Origin: Gracilinanus agilis
Lineage: Eukaryota
Direction: 5' to 3'
Assembly: GCF_016433145.1 (NCBI RefSeq)
Contig: NC_058131.1
Coordinates: 232,317,395 to 232,381,394 of the forward strand
Length of the DNA stretch: 64,000 bases
Shown here: positions 37,985-51,299 of the stretch, piece after piece
Numbering within the stretch: position 1 is the first letter of the stretch
Layout: each line of letters starts with the position of its first letter
Notes under the pieces: generated by a model
Seen by the model: the letters and a program-made list of their open reading frames with translations, nothing else
Databases searched by the model: none
What the model was told of the DNA's origin: nothing
Position numbers and translations under genes: made by a program

Positions 37985-39800
37985 AGGCACATGTAGATGA
38001 CCTAGAAAATAGATCATGACTGGAATGCAGGCAAGATAAAAGTAATGACAAGGGACTTCAATTACATAGAGATCTGCTGGGTTCTTCACCAAAAACAAAA
38101 GTTAACAGACTCTTGGCTTACCTAAATGCTAGCTTTATCCTTCAGAAGACTGAGAAAGCAACATGGGTCACTGCTGTGTTTTGACATGATACTGACCAAT
38201 AACAAAGAACCGGTGGCTGAAGTAGAAAACAGAGGCAATCTTGGGGGAAGCATCTCTGCTATCTTAAAATTAATAAAGGAGGGGAAAGCCAGGCTAGTCT
38301 GTATATTCAATTTTTGAAGAACAGATTTCAAAGGGTTTAGAAAAAGGTTAGGTAGAATCCCATAGCTTAAGATTTATCAAAGTAAGTCAGCCCCAGGAGG
38401 GCTACCCTGAAGAATAAAATCCTAAAGATGCAAAAATAAACTATTGGGAAGAAAGGAGTTATGTAGAGACTTTTTGAGATGCACAGGGAATTTGATGGCC
38501 CACTTAGGTCATATTACAAAAAAGCTCTACGTAGAAGTTGGATATAAGGATGCATACTGGGTGACATTATCCTGTAACAGCAACATTAGGAGCCTTCAAG
38601 TTCAGAATGAGCTGAGGTGGTGGGCAGCTGGGTGGCTCAGTGGATTGAGAGTCAGGCCCAGAGATGGGAGGTCTTGGGTTCAAATCTGACTTCAGACACT
38701 TCCTAGCTATGTGACCCTGGGCAAGTCACTTAACCCCCATTACCTAGCCTTTACCACTCTTCTGCCTTGGAGCCAATGCACAGTATTGACTCCAAGACAG
38801 AAGGTAAGGGTTTAAAAAAAAAAAAGTAAGCTGAGGCAACAAAACTGAAAAAAAAAAAATTAAGGTGGGGGAAGCAGCTAGGACCAGTCTATGGTAAATG
38901 GGATAATAATGTATGATAGCCAGCAGAATATATGATATTCAATTTTGTATTTTTCCTTCTGCCAAGAATCCTTGTGTTGGAAATACAAAAATAATTAGAA
39001 GGGATTGGAAAACCAATATAAGCAGGTACTGAGAGCATCTCAGCTGTGCCGAGTTCAACTCAACAGCTTTCATGTGCTACATCCCAGATGATGTTATTGC
39101 TGAGCTTCCCTTGGTAATTTTTGAAAGACTGTGGAAACCAAGATAGGTGCCTCAGGTTTGGTGAAGGGCATATGGTCTAGTTTTTTCAAAAAAGAAAGAG
39201 AATGGACTATAAACAAGAAGTCAGTGAATGTTACTTCTTTTCCTAATCATATTCTAGAACATTAAAAGGATGGTTTGTGAAGATCTAGAAAAGGAAATTG
39301 TGATCATTAAGTCAGCATGATTTCATCAAAAATACTGTTGGATAATACTACAGTTAGGTATCTTAAATGGTTGAATGACTGGATTTGAAGAGTAGCCATT
39401 CTTGGAGGGAGACCTTTAGTGGAGTTTCTTGGGATACAGCATGCTATTTGCATTTTAACCAGTAATATAGATAATATATCAGATTTGCAAATAAGAATAG
39501 CATGATACTGTCAAATGTTTTGTGAAGTCCAGATAATTCTGTCTGTAGCATTCCTCAACTGTAAGAAATAAAATGGATATAAAAGGAATGAGCTAATTCC
39601 ATTTACACATAAATCAGTCTAGTTACCATGTCAAAAAAGGAAAATTTAGTGGGGCAAGGCATATCTGCCACAACCTGGGCAGCTTAAGTTTTGTCCAAGA
39701 TGCTCAAAGTTTAGGACAGTGAATGCAATAGATATTGCCTATATCAGAGGATTAGAGATGCTGTGTCTCAGTTTCTCTTATTATACTTGGGCAGCAGGTA
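37985..39800 (+). mobile_element. CR1/L3 LINE relic interrupted by a SINE
   Basis: Fragments resembling the CR1 RT region (VPEDWRRANVVPIFKKG-like) near 39100-39300. Confidence 0.55.
38622..38825 (+). mobile_element. SINE1_Mdo-type SINE, young
   Basis: Family match; AGCTGAGG repeated at both flanks. Confidence 0.9.
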
Positions 39801-42800
39801 CCCAAAAGACCTCAGCTGTGCTGAATTAATTGTTCATATCCTCAAAAGCGTTTGGAGGATAAATTGACTTTAAGGGCTGTGAGAAGAGAAGGCTGGATGC
39901 CAAGCCCTCTGAATTTAGTAGGAGATATAGATGATAAAAGTTTTAAGTGTGAAGCCAAGAGTTCAGAGCACCTAGTGGCAGGAGTTCCAGATCCTATCTA
40001 ATTGTACATATGATGGTTAGAAGGCCCCCAAACCTTCTAATGACTAGTCAATCATGTTCTTAGCTTTGGGAACTGAATGAGCAGTGTAGTATTGAGGAAA
40101 GGCACTAGATTTGAAGGTGGGATCTGTTCAAATTCTGGTTTTGCCATAGATTATATCATTTAACTTTTTTGGGCCTTAGTTTCCTCATTTGTAAATTGAA
40201 ATAGGTCTCCACTGGATAACCCCTAAGATTCCTCTAGATCTAAATCTGTGATCTTTCAAGTGTGGGCTCTTGAGGCCACAGCCTAAAAATATTGGTCCAC
40301 TGCCATTGGTTTAGAAATGCTATTAGGCCAGGATCCTGGCAACTCTCTGATGTGTCTTTTAAGGTTGTAGTGGGGACATCACTGGGATGTTCATTTAAGT
40401 GGACTTGTTCAGTTGCTAGAAAGAATATAGAACTGGAGAGAGTGAGATGGTTTGAAGATGATCTGATCTTTCACATACAAGTGTTAGTTGAAAGGAATGA
40501 ATTTTCCTAAAAAATGGACATAAAGGTGAAAGAGGCCTCTCCGCCGAGCAGTTGTATCATTAAAGCTAGTAAGAAACGACTTAAACAATGAGGACAGCAG
40601 GAGGATTGGATCAGAGTTTCTCTAAAATCAAGATGAAGATGAAAGAACTAGGATATGGCAATGGCATTTGAGTGTAGAATCCAAGAATCCCGCCTAAGGC
40701 CTTAAAATTGCTGGGAGAGTTTGAGCTGTTTGTCCCTAATAGAAAATCTATTCCCTGGTCTTTTGATCAGCCTCAGATTGACTTTTATTCTATAAATAAA
40801 GAGTCCCAATGGGGCAAGGCCAGGTGGTAGAGAAGAAAGAGCCCTGGAGGCAGGAAACAGTTGGATTCAAATCTTTTAGCAAAGGTTTGTCTATTTCACT
40901 TCCCTACCAAAGGAGTTCCACTGATTTCCTGTTGCCATTGGGATAAAATATGAACTCTACTTAGTACTGAATCCATTATCTGGCTCCAACCTTCTGTTTC
41001 CAGAATCATATGCTACTATTACCCACTTTCTGGTCTAAACTGGCCTGCTGTGCCATGACATCTGTGCCATGCCTGTCCCAATGGGGCATGCCTCTTATCT
41101 AGCAGCTTTCCTTCTTTAACCTCTGGCTCTTAGACCCCCCAGTTCCTGAGCCACCTCTTGCAAGAAGCAGTCACTGATTACCCCAATTTTTATTACTCCT
41201 GAGATTACTTAAAATAATAGTGTATTTTATCTCTCTGACTACATTAATTTCATGCATGAACCCTGTCCTGGTAAAATGTAAGCTCTCTCATTTGTCTCTG
41301 TAGTGCTTAGCATATACCAGGTGCTTACTGATTGACCAGCTCATACTGCTTGATCCCTAGGCTGCAGCAAACTGTGGAGAGCTTAAAGGTAGTATTTCCA
41401 GCTAAAACCTAAAAAGACTTATAGGCTACCTTCAGTATTCTGTTGACACCACAATTCCTAGCTCCTCTCATCTTAAATTGGCCTATGATAAAAGCCATAA
41501 ACCTACTCTGTCATCAGTGGGAAAATAGAAAGGGAAGCCTGGACTTCCAGAGTTCTCTGACCCTAGCAACAAGTAGTTGAGGGCAAGGGCTCCAAGGTCT
41601 GTTTTGAAGAGCTTTGTTCCCCAAAGTTGTAGAATGATGTTTTAGGACAATGAAAAAGAATTTGTCCTGAGGGAACAAAACTATTCTAAAATCTGAAGTC
41701 ACAACAGAAACAGTGATGACTTAAGTGCTTCTCCCTCATGCTCCTTCTACCCACCACTTCGGAAGAGCCCTTCATCTGAATTTGGCTGCCAGCTGAATTA
41801 AGGATCACAGGGTTTTTTTCAGAGTAAAGCCCCTGCCACACCCTCCCTCCCTGCCCCAGCTTACTTAGCTTAGTAGAAGCTAAATTCATTAAGACTCTGC
41901 ATCAGGGTTCTATTAGTCCTCCTAGATAGGAGATGAAGTAGGAGGCCTCTGTTAAGTTATCCAGCTTTTACTGTAAAATAGCCTAAGTTTTACAAAAGCA
42001 TTTTCCTCACAATATACATCATCTTCATTTTATAGAAATTAAAGTCCATAGAGATTAAATGACTTGCTTAGGATCCCAGAGCTCTGAAGAGTCAGGATAT
42101 TTGAGTCCAGGTCTCTCCTGAATCCAAATCCACGTCTTTATCTATTACATTAGGAGCCTCCCAGCAAACTCACTTATAGACAGGGACCAACCAAACGGTC
42201 AGGGGATGAATTTAGCATGATAGGGGACAGTACTTCTTTAATCCTCCTATCAATAACAGGTGGAAGAAGTTGGTCTGCCTGTCCTTTCCCTGAAGGCTCC
42301 TTCCCTTAGCTCTGATTGCATTTTTGTTCTGAATATATAGCTACCTTGTGAATTCTCCTTTGCCCAGGACAGCTCCGTGGTTACTTCCTCCCAGGCTGTA
42401 GCCACTCTCTGCAGAACAGTGTTTTATGATACTGTAAGCCAGGTCAATTGACCCTTGACATAAGCTTATGGTTCCTAGTGGGGTGGGTAGAGCAATGGGG
42501 CTAGATTCTAGAGGTATTAATTTCATGCATGAACTCTTCAGAAGAATAAGATGTTACGATAAAAATTGAAGGTCAGAAAATTTACTTTCCCGAGGCCACA
42601 CAACTAGTTAAGTGGCAGAGCTGGGACTAGAACCAAGATCAGATTCTCTGTAGTGGGAACTCTTCCCATTACCCTGGACATATCTCTGGCATGGGAGAAA
42701 TGAGAGCCAAGAAGTCCCTAGGGAAGTGTTCATCTCAGAAGCAAAGAAAGCTTTCCTCAGCTGAGCTCAGAGTAGCACTAGCCCAGAAACCTTCACATTG

Positions 42801-42859
42801 TGGATCAGCTGTAAATCCAAAAGCCACATATGACACTGATGAATAGTCTAGTTCAAGGG

Positions 42860-43015
42860 TTTACTTGGGGGCCTGAGAACTTAAAATTTTTTTCATAACA
42901 ATTTCAATACACTTGGTTTCCTTTGAAAGCCCCATTTTAATTTATGCATTTAAAAACATTCTGATAAGGGGTGTATCCTGTGAAAGGGGTCTGTGACACA
43001 AACATTAAGAACCCT
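42860..43015 (-). mobile_element. Old hAT-Charlie relic
   Basis: Reverse-complement similarity to the 37580 element (tttatgcatttaaaaacattctga...attaagaaccc). Confidence 0.55.
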
Positions 43016-43763
43016 TACTCTAACCTTTTTCTAGAGGTATAATTATTTCCCTGTTCCTTGCTTCAGATTACTTTCAGATCATAAAATTATATATTGAGAG
43101 GGATAAGACACCTTAGAGGTTATAAGGGTCAACCTCATTTTACAGAGGAGGAAATGAGCATAGACTGGTTAAGCTACTTGTCCAAAGTTTCCCTGGTAGC
43201 AAGTAGTAGAGCCAGGACTGGCTTCCACTGAACTTCTTTTTCTTCTTTCCAAAAGCCTATCCTCTCTGAGTGCCATTATTTTCCTGGACCTGCCATATTG
43301 GGCAACATCTCTCGGCACTGAGGATAGCCACGGAAGGGAAAGCAAGAATCTGGCTTGCAAGACTGGAATAGATGTTACTTGAGGTCAGCCCCTTCAATTC
43401 TGGAGGACTTATGCTTCTGCCTAGGCTCTAGAGCCAGAAGTAACTCCAGTTCTCAGGGACCTTGAGATAGAGCCATTATCTCATCTTGCTATGCTACAAC
43501 TTGGAGAGAGTGCCTACTTTCAACAGTGCTCTATAACCCTTGATTTAGAGATTACATGCCTCAATACTAATCTATTAACTAGCATTCCCTTTTGTTAAAG
43601 GTCTTGTCTGACTCAGAATATGTTGAAGCCAACAGTTCCTTGGACTTTTGGTAGAAGGTGCGTAGGACCCCTACTCATAGCCATAGGTCCCAGTGTGTGG
43701 CCCCCATGCTGTAAGAAAAACCAAGGTCTCAGGTGAAGCTACAGATTCTGCTGTAATCTGGTT

Positions 43764-43769
43764 TTTATT
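43764..43769 (-). terminator. AGBL5: AGBL5 intronic polyA signal AATAAA
   Basis: 43 nt after the short-isoform stop; U-rich downstream element (TTGGTTTTTCTT) about 40 nt further. Confidence 0.75.
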
Positions 43770-43811
43770 GGTTTACCCCTTGGTTCAAGCCCAAAGAATG
43801 AGTCATCAGGG

Positions 43812-43879
43812 CTAATTCTCCCCCCAACAACACCAAAAAGAATGGAACATTTGCTCCAGGGACTTCCTTATTGGCTTAC
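43812..43879 (-). CDS. AGBL5: CCP5 short-isoform C-terminal extension (read-through into intron 11)
   Basis: Frame stays open as [25 protein letters not shown] at 43814-43812, AATAAA 43 nt downstream. Confidence 0.75.
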
Positions 43880-44079
43880 CTCTAACAGGGCCTAGCACCC
43901 GATGGCTGCCTTTCTGGGTGCCAGGACCCAGGCCTGGTAGCCCTGTGGGCCTGTTATGAAAGGTAAAGCTGGGTGAAGTTTTGATCTGTGGAGAGTTTTG
44001 TTGGCTGCTACCACTGGTGCCAGTGCTGAAGCTTCGGGTCCGGCTCAGGGTATTTTCAGAGCATGATATAGGCAAACCA
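43880..44079 (-). CDS. AGBL5: CCP5 exon 11
   Basis: [31 protein letters not shown]...HRVLGPVR; donor AGA G|gtaagc; 200 nt. Confidence 0.95.
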
Positions 44080-44588
44080 CTGTAAGGAAACAGAATAGGT
44101 GAAATCTGTAATGGGTAAATTCCAAGTCTTCCCCAATGAAGAATCAATGGAAAGGAAATACCCTTAGGTTAAGGGTAATACCAAGGGAGAAGAAAAAGCA
44201 ATCTACCCTTGATTAGCCTCTGAGCCCATCTCATGTACTTCCAATCTGGGTCATGCCACTAGGGAATTTATAAGTAGCCTCCCTGTGACAAATGCTCCTA
44301 GCCAGTAGAATAGTAAATTGATAGCTCTACCTTTCCAGGAAGTTTCTTTCTTATTCCCTCTGCATGACCTATTGTTTCCCCAGATTAAGGATTCTCAACA
44401 AAAACACCTTGAGAATTTGAATTCATAACACCTATTCCCCCTCCTAGAAGCAGCCAATGGCACACATTAGTTATAAAATTAAATGTGTCCCCAGTACTTT
44501 GTACATTCCTTGAGATAGCCAAGACCTCATGTTTTATCTCAAAATTAGGTAACTTCCTCTTTCCTCCCACCCCATCTGTTGTCCTTAC

Positions 44589-44791
44589 TTAGGCCCTTTT
44601 GGTGGAGTTCGAGAGCCTCTCCTTTTGTTGATGCCCATGTTGAGGCCACTACCTAGACCTCTGCTGTTACGAACATGTCTCAGCATCCAGGCTCGCAAGT
44701 TGTTGAGGCAGCTGTGCTCTGACAGGACAATTCGTGGCCAGGGATTGCATTCTGCCATGTCCAAGGCTGCAATGGCTACAGCCCGCCCTAC
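44589..44791 (-). CDS. AGBL5: CCP5 exon 10
   Basis: [45 protein letters not shown]...; 203 nt. Confidence 0.96.
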
Positions 44792-45465
44792 CTGCCAAGG
44801 GAGTTCAAGTACACAACTCAGTATTTAGGAGCACCATCCCCTGCTTCGTAGAGAAGAAAGTGATACCCGAAAAGTTCCTGATTTGGATCTCAAACTTATG
44901 CCGTGTCTGAGAGAACACTGGTTGTAGCATATACTATGGGGACAGTCACTGTCTCATCTGATCTCCTATCCAAGCTGAGAATCTTTGTCTTTCATTTTTT
45001 CTTTTTCATACTACTGTTTTTATGAATTGCTATCTCGAGGTAAGTCAGATAGCAGCACTCTCTGCTGTGGGATTAATGACCTTCAATGTTTAAAGCAGAA
45101 TGGTCTGAAGATTATAGGAGGAAATTAAGCTCTTTTCCTCTTCTGTGGAGCATCCTTTGGGGCCAGGAAAGACATGCATACTCTTGTATGATGAAAAGGA
45201 AGGTCCAACAAAGGCAATAGAAGGGGAAAGACCTGAGCCCAAAAAATGTTGGACAGAGGTGTACTCCCAAAGCTGGAAGGGATATTCAACTGGAGCCCTA
45301 CTGCCAGTACAGAAGTATACAACTCCCCATTCTTTGGAAAGATGTAACCAGAGCCTTAGTGGCACTGCCCTCTCCAGAAGACAGTCAGGTGGATCTATTG
45401 GAGGCTACCTATGGTTTGAGGCCACCCTGCCTGATGCCTATGCACTTGCCCCTGTGGCTCATTAC

Positions 45466-45601
45466 CTGCTCAAACAGCTCCACAGTATATCTGGATCTGA
45501 AGGCAGGTGGGGGAGGGGGGCTGGCACGCCCATTGTCGTGGCAGGCAGCAGGAATGCTGTTTACCGAGCGTCCAGTGTTGTAGTTGCATTCAAGTGTGTA
45601 G
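45466..45601 (-). CDS. AGBL5: CCP5 exon 9 (catalytic Glu, YTLECNY)
   Basis: [45 protein letters not shown]; 136 nt. Confidence 0.97.
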
Positions 45602-45887
45602 CTAAGACACAGAGACCTTTTTTTATCACTACTCTGGAAAGATGTGAATATCAGGAACACAGAAACATATAGTTCAAACATTCTAAAGTGGTCAAGGGAA
45701 AAGATTGAGGGCTACTTCCCAATGAGGTGGCAACCATTCCTGGTACCCTGCAAGCTAAGCAATGGAAGACAGGCCCACAGACAAAAGGCTTTTCTTCTGA
45801 GAAAGATTGGGCTTTCACAACCCCATTCCCCTCTCAAGGCTGGGTGTGGGTTCTCATTGGGGAAACTATCCAGAGGCTGAAGCCCTA

Positions 45888-46079
<192 letters not shown>

Positions 46080-46371
46080 CTATTTGGGATGAAGAGCAAA
46101 CTCAGAAGGTACAGTGGTAAAGAGAAAGAAATAAAGGCTAGAGAAGGCAAGGGCCAAGTCACTCCATTCAATAAACTACAGATGCTACAATTATCAGTAG
46201 TATCAAGTTAAAAATTCTTGAATTTTTCACTGTGTCCATGGTATTGTACTAGCGGTTTAAGGAAGGTATGTATGGTTAAGTCAACACAATTTCTTTCAGC
46301 CCTTTTCCCTATCATCCACCTACCCTAATCTTTTCCTTTTGGCTTCCATTAGAAAAGGCCTAATAAAGGAC

Positions 46372-46745
46372 AGGTAGATGGCATAGTGGACAGAGTGCTG
46401 GGCCTGGAATCAGGAAGTTCAAATCAAGCCTTAGATCCTAGCTATGTGACCCTGGAAAAATCATTTAACCCCATTTGCCTCAGTTTCCTTACCTGGAAAA
46501 TAAGCTAGAGAAGGAAATGGCAAACCACTTCAGTATTTTAGGGGGCAGCTCGATATGGATAGTGGATACAAAGCCAGGCCTGGAGATGGGAGACCATGCA
46601 TTCAAATCTGGCCTCAGACACTTCCTGGCAGTGTAACCCTGGGCAAGGCTCTTGATCCTCATTACCTAACTCTTACTACTCTTTTTCCTCAGAATCAATA
46701 CACAGTATCGAGTCTAAGATGGAAGGTGAAAGTTTAAAAAAAGAA
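46372..46745 (+). mobile_element. Tandem MAR1-type and SINE1_Mdo-type SINEs in AGBL5 intron 7
   Basis: Two consecutive CORE-SINE heads at about 46372 and 46541. Confidence 0.82.
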
Positions 46746-46975
46746 GGCCCAATTTTTTTGTTACAGTTTTGACAAGCCTGGTCCTTAGCACCAAAACGCT
46801 GATTTTAAAAGTACTCTATAATCTCAGATTTGCAGATTTATTGCCAGTGCCCTCTGAGAGCTAATTTTCCTCCTAGCCACAAGCTTGTAGCTAACCTTCC
46901 TTATGTTCTCATATACTGTACTCCCTTAATTTCTAAGGCATACAACATTTCTAAGATAGTTTCAAGGCCCCCTAC

Positions 46976-47432
46976 CTGTGCACTCTCATCACTGAAGCTA
47001 TTTCCATACATGAAACAGCCCCTTTTAGAGGCATGTCCATGTAAGTCTACATAGTAGGCCACACCGCTCTCCTTGGGGGGAATGGTTTCAGGGGCTGGCT
47101 CCATCTCACTAGTTTCTGATTCCAAAAACCACAAGCTATTGGGGTCTTGGCCGGCTGGCTCAGCTTGGGTCCAGGACTCCGGATTGTCCTCATCAGCTGA
47201 GAGTCCAATGTGAGTCTCATTTTGGAGATTGTCGTTTTTTTCAGGTTCAGAAACAGGAGCAGATGGGGCTGAGGGTTGGGGATTTGTCTGGTGGTCAGAG
47301 GGAGTGTGGGAATTCAGACGTGAGTGCACATGGTGGTAGAGCAGCACTGCCTTAGCCCCATAGATAGCTGGGTGCAGGATTGCATCTGGCTTTAGATACT
47401 GACGGTTCAGGTTCACTCCTCGTGAGTCTGTC
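46976..47432 (-). CDS. AGBL5: CCP5 exon 7 (NLNR and DLHGH motifs)
   Basis: [12 protein letters not shown]...[27 protein letters not shown]; 457 nt. Confidence 0.98.
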
Positions 47433-47981
47433 CTGTGTGGAAACAAGAGGTAAAGTGGGATTCTGGAAAGCTGAAGTGGGAAAACAGACTGGCATGAGTG
47501 GCATAAGATAATTGTAAGCAGGGAACTGATTATCCTATAGTCTGAAAAGCTAAGCCTAAAGTAGAAAAGCCAAAGAAAGGGAAGATTGAGGACACCTCAC
47601 CCCAGAGCTCCAGACAACCAGTGAACAAAATCAGACTTTCTACAGCAACCAGTGTTATCAGCTTCATTGTTCTTGAACTTTCTCTGTAGGCTTGACATTG
47701 TACCAGGTGTTTTGGAAGAGTGTACATGGTTAAATCAATATAACATAGGAGTCTGGGAATAGTTCTCCACAGCCAGGTGACCCTACATCTTTTTTCCTTC
47801 CTAGTTCTCCCCAAAGCTCCAGGAAAATGTATTCTTTCTCAGGCTGGATGGGGCATTCCCTCTTTAGGATGTAGGAGAGTTGTGAAGGCAGGACAGAGCA
47901 AATTGTACCTAATCACACCACCATAACATTTATCAAAGGGACTACTGATGATCAGGAGAGGTGTAGGGGGTGTTCCTCTTA

Positions 47982-48182
<201 letters not shown>

Positions 48183-48294
48183 TTATTAGGACTGTCAGTT
48201 CTGGTTCTGTATATCAGTGGACGGTCACAGCCTAAGTCCCAGCTGGGGTTGTAATAGATAGCAAGGAATCTGAGCTGTCATTCAACTCCTAGAT

Positions 48295-48480
48295 CAGGGG
48301 TCGGCAACGTATGGCTCTAGAGCCAGATCTGGCTCTTTCTGCAGGAGCCATAAAGTCAATTTTTTTTTCAGGCGCTGTTACAGGAGCGCACACTGTGAGC
48401 TCTGTACGGCTCTCATGAAATTACATTTTAAAAAATGTGGCGTTTATGGCTCTCACAGCCAAAAAGGTTGCTGACCCTTG
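48295..48480. mobile_element. hAT-superfamily MITE (186 bp) in AGBL5 intron 5
   Basis: TIRs CAGGGGTCGGCAAC / GTTGCTGACCCTTG; degenerate 8-bp TSD TCCTAGAT / TTCTAGAC (NTCTAGAN-type Charlie target). Confidence 0.9.
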
Positions 48481-48607
48481 TTCTAGACTAAGACTGGAGA
48501 AACTGATTAGAGATACACAAACACCTCATAAGTGTCAAGGCTTCAGCTGAGACACTTGTAATGACAGAGAAGAACCAATTTCCTACCTTTCTTTCCTCCC
48601 CACTCAC

Positions 48608-48785
48608 CCTCTTGCCTGAGAAACAAAATGGCCGGGGAGTGCTGGTATCAGGAAATAGCTGCTCCAGACGGGGTTCTCGTTCATCTTGAAGCCCATGACA
48701 GGAACTCACAGTAAGCAGATCTACACGAAGTCCATCCAGAGAGTTGCAAAGAAGTTCCCGGTGGTAATAGATGGAATCTAAGGGG
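48608..48785 (-). CDS. AGBL5: CCP5 exon 5
   Basis: [31 protein letters not shown]...FSGKR; 178 nt. Confidence 0.96.
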
Positions 48786-48964
48786 CTGCAAGGATAAGGT
48801 CATCAGGCCATGGGAATCTCCCAATGTCTCAAGAAGGGACAGTCCACATTTGCAGAAGAGAATTAGGGTAGAGATAGGGAGACAAAAACTACCTGGTCCC
48901 TTAACCTTAAACCTTTGTCATTTAGAAATTGAATGCAAAAATTTAATCAAAAAACAGAAGCAGA

Positions 48965-49160
48965 GGGCAGCTGGGTAGCTCAGTGGAGTGAGAGCCAGGC
49001 CTAGAGACAGGAGGTCCTAGGTTCAAACCTGGCCTCAGCCACTTCCCAGCTGTGTGACCCTGGGCAAGTCACTTGACCCCCATTGCCCACCCTTACCAAT
49101 CTTCCACCTATGAGATAATACACCGAAGTACAAGGGTAAAAAAAAAAAAAAAAAAAAAAA
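48965..49160 (+). mobile_element. SINE1_Mdo-type SINE, very young
   Basis: Near-consensus, long pure A tail, TSD AAAAACAGAAGCAGA on both sides. Confidence 0.93.
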
Positions 49161-49702
49161 ACAGAAGCAGAAGCAGAAAGTAATAGAAAAGTGAATGCAG
49201 GTCAAAAATCTAGGAAATAAGGCACATATGCTGGCATAAAGAAAGCTCTCCATCAGTGGGGCAAAAATCTGGAAAGAGCTTATAATGATGGCCTTTTCTT
49301 TGGTTTGGGGCTTCTCAGAGATGGGGATTCTCTCTCAGGCTGTGCTCTGTGGGGGCATAAGAGCCCATATTGGTTCTGGATCTATACTTAAAGCATATTC
49401 TGAGCACAAAGGAGTCAATGAGTAAATACTTGTTTGACTAACTTTAGAAAAATTTTATCCTCTTTCTTTTTGGCTCAGACTGTAGAAGGTCTGAACTAGT
49501 CAAAAAAATATGAAGTATGAATGGCATGATGAGATCAAGGCAACTAATACTCATTTCTCAAAGGAAGCCAATGGTAGTACACAACTATTAAGAGAAATGA
49601 TTGAAAAAGTATCAATTCAGAGCTATTGGGACAAATCACTAGAGAAGCAAAGGCATGCTTTGCTTACTATACTTTGTGGAGAGAAAAGATCTGAGAACAC
49701 AC

Positions 49703-49866
49703 CTAGTAAGCGAAGGATGGCTTTCCAGAAAGCGCTGGTCTAGCTGGTTCAGCAGATCCTGGCAGTCACTGTAGGAGAAGGGGTAGCAGAAGGCGAAGAA
49801 GGTGGTGGCCCCACGACCCTCCACGAATCGGTGCACAAAGGACAGCACAAACTGTGTCTCTGTCAT
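49703..49866 (-). CDS. AGBL5: CCP5 exon 4
   Basis: [39 protein letters not shown]...; 164 nt; donor gtgtgt. Confidence 0.96.
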
Positions 49867-50283
49867 CTGAAGGGACAGAGGAGGAAGAGGAAAGGACAAC
49901 CAACTACTGCCCCCATAAATATTTAACTCAATACTGGCAGCTATTTTCTTAACACTGCATTAGTGTCTAGTTTTCACCATCATGGCAACAGTAACCAGTT
50001 TCTCAACTTCACAGTTGAGAATATGTCACCTGTCTCTATTCAGGTACTTGCCTTAGCTACCAGCCCTTTCTTTGCCTCCCTAGGCACTGGGATTAAAGAC
50101 ATATTAAAGGATATAGATGTAACTTGGGTTTAAAGCAGTCAACCTAAGAGTCCTTTCTTCCTAGTTCATTGTACAGGACAAGAGAATGATTTTTCTCTAG
50201 GGATACTGGCATCTCCTATTCTGCTCCCTCCCCCCCTTTTTGCTTTTTCTATAGCAATAGTCCTTTCTTTTATGTGGAAACTA

Positions 50284-50607
<324 letters not shown>

Positions 50608-50705
50608 TCAAGTAGGTCCCTGGGAAAACAGGGAGGAGAGTATGGCCAAAGGAAGTATGGCTCTGGGTTTCTGCATATTCCCTCCCCTTGACCCCAGCTT
50701 CATAC

Positions 50706-50923
50706 CTGTTCCCATTCTCATATTCTGTTTCAGCACAATCAGGCCGTGTCCACACGTTGAATTCGTAGTCAGAGGTAGAGGATACTCCGCTGGTGGTGGG
50801 GGCTGATCCCCCACTCCCGCCCCCCTCCCCTTCACTAGCCACAGAATCCACCTTCTCCACATGGGCCAAGTTCCCTGAGTCAAATCGGGAACTGAACAGC
50901 AGTCCCCCACAGCGCAGCTCCAT
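50706..50923 (-). CDS. AGBL5: Cytosolic carboxypeptidase 5, coding part of exon 2
   Basis: ccaccATGG Kozak; [25 protein letters not shown]...ENGNR; exon starts at 50962 (ctctcag acceptor), donor AG|gtatg. Confidence 0.97.
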
Positions 50924-51299
50924 GGTGGGGCTGGGTAAGCATCCTCCTGCCCCAGACTGGCCCTGAGAGCTAAGGGGATGGGATGGGGATAGGGAAGGAA
51001 GGAAGGAGGGGAAGGAGAGGGGAAGAAGACAAGCTGTGAAAACTGACTTTATTAGTCTCTGGGGTTCTGAGGGTGCTTTCCAGTACTTCAAGAAAACTGG
51101 GGAGCAGCTTTGATAGAACAGCAAAAGGAGAAGTTACCACCATTAACTCTGGGCTTAGGGTTATGACCTAACTCCATTATGCTACTGCACTGGCTAGCCC
51201 AATCTCCAGACCCCAGGGGCTTCCATCCCTGAAAGGGTACACGGGACTAAAACGGGCCGAAAACACCAGACTCTGAGCCCTCTTTCTCTTTCCCGCCCA

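Noticed and set aside
45145-45672. 175-aa plus-strand ORF antisense to AGBL5 exon 9
   Set aside because: No splice or Kozak support and no homology; antisense shadow of a coding exon plus intron
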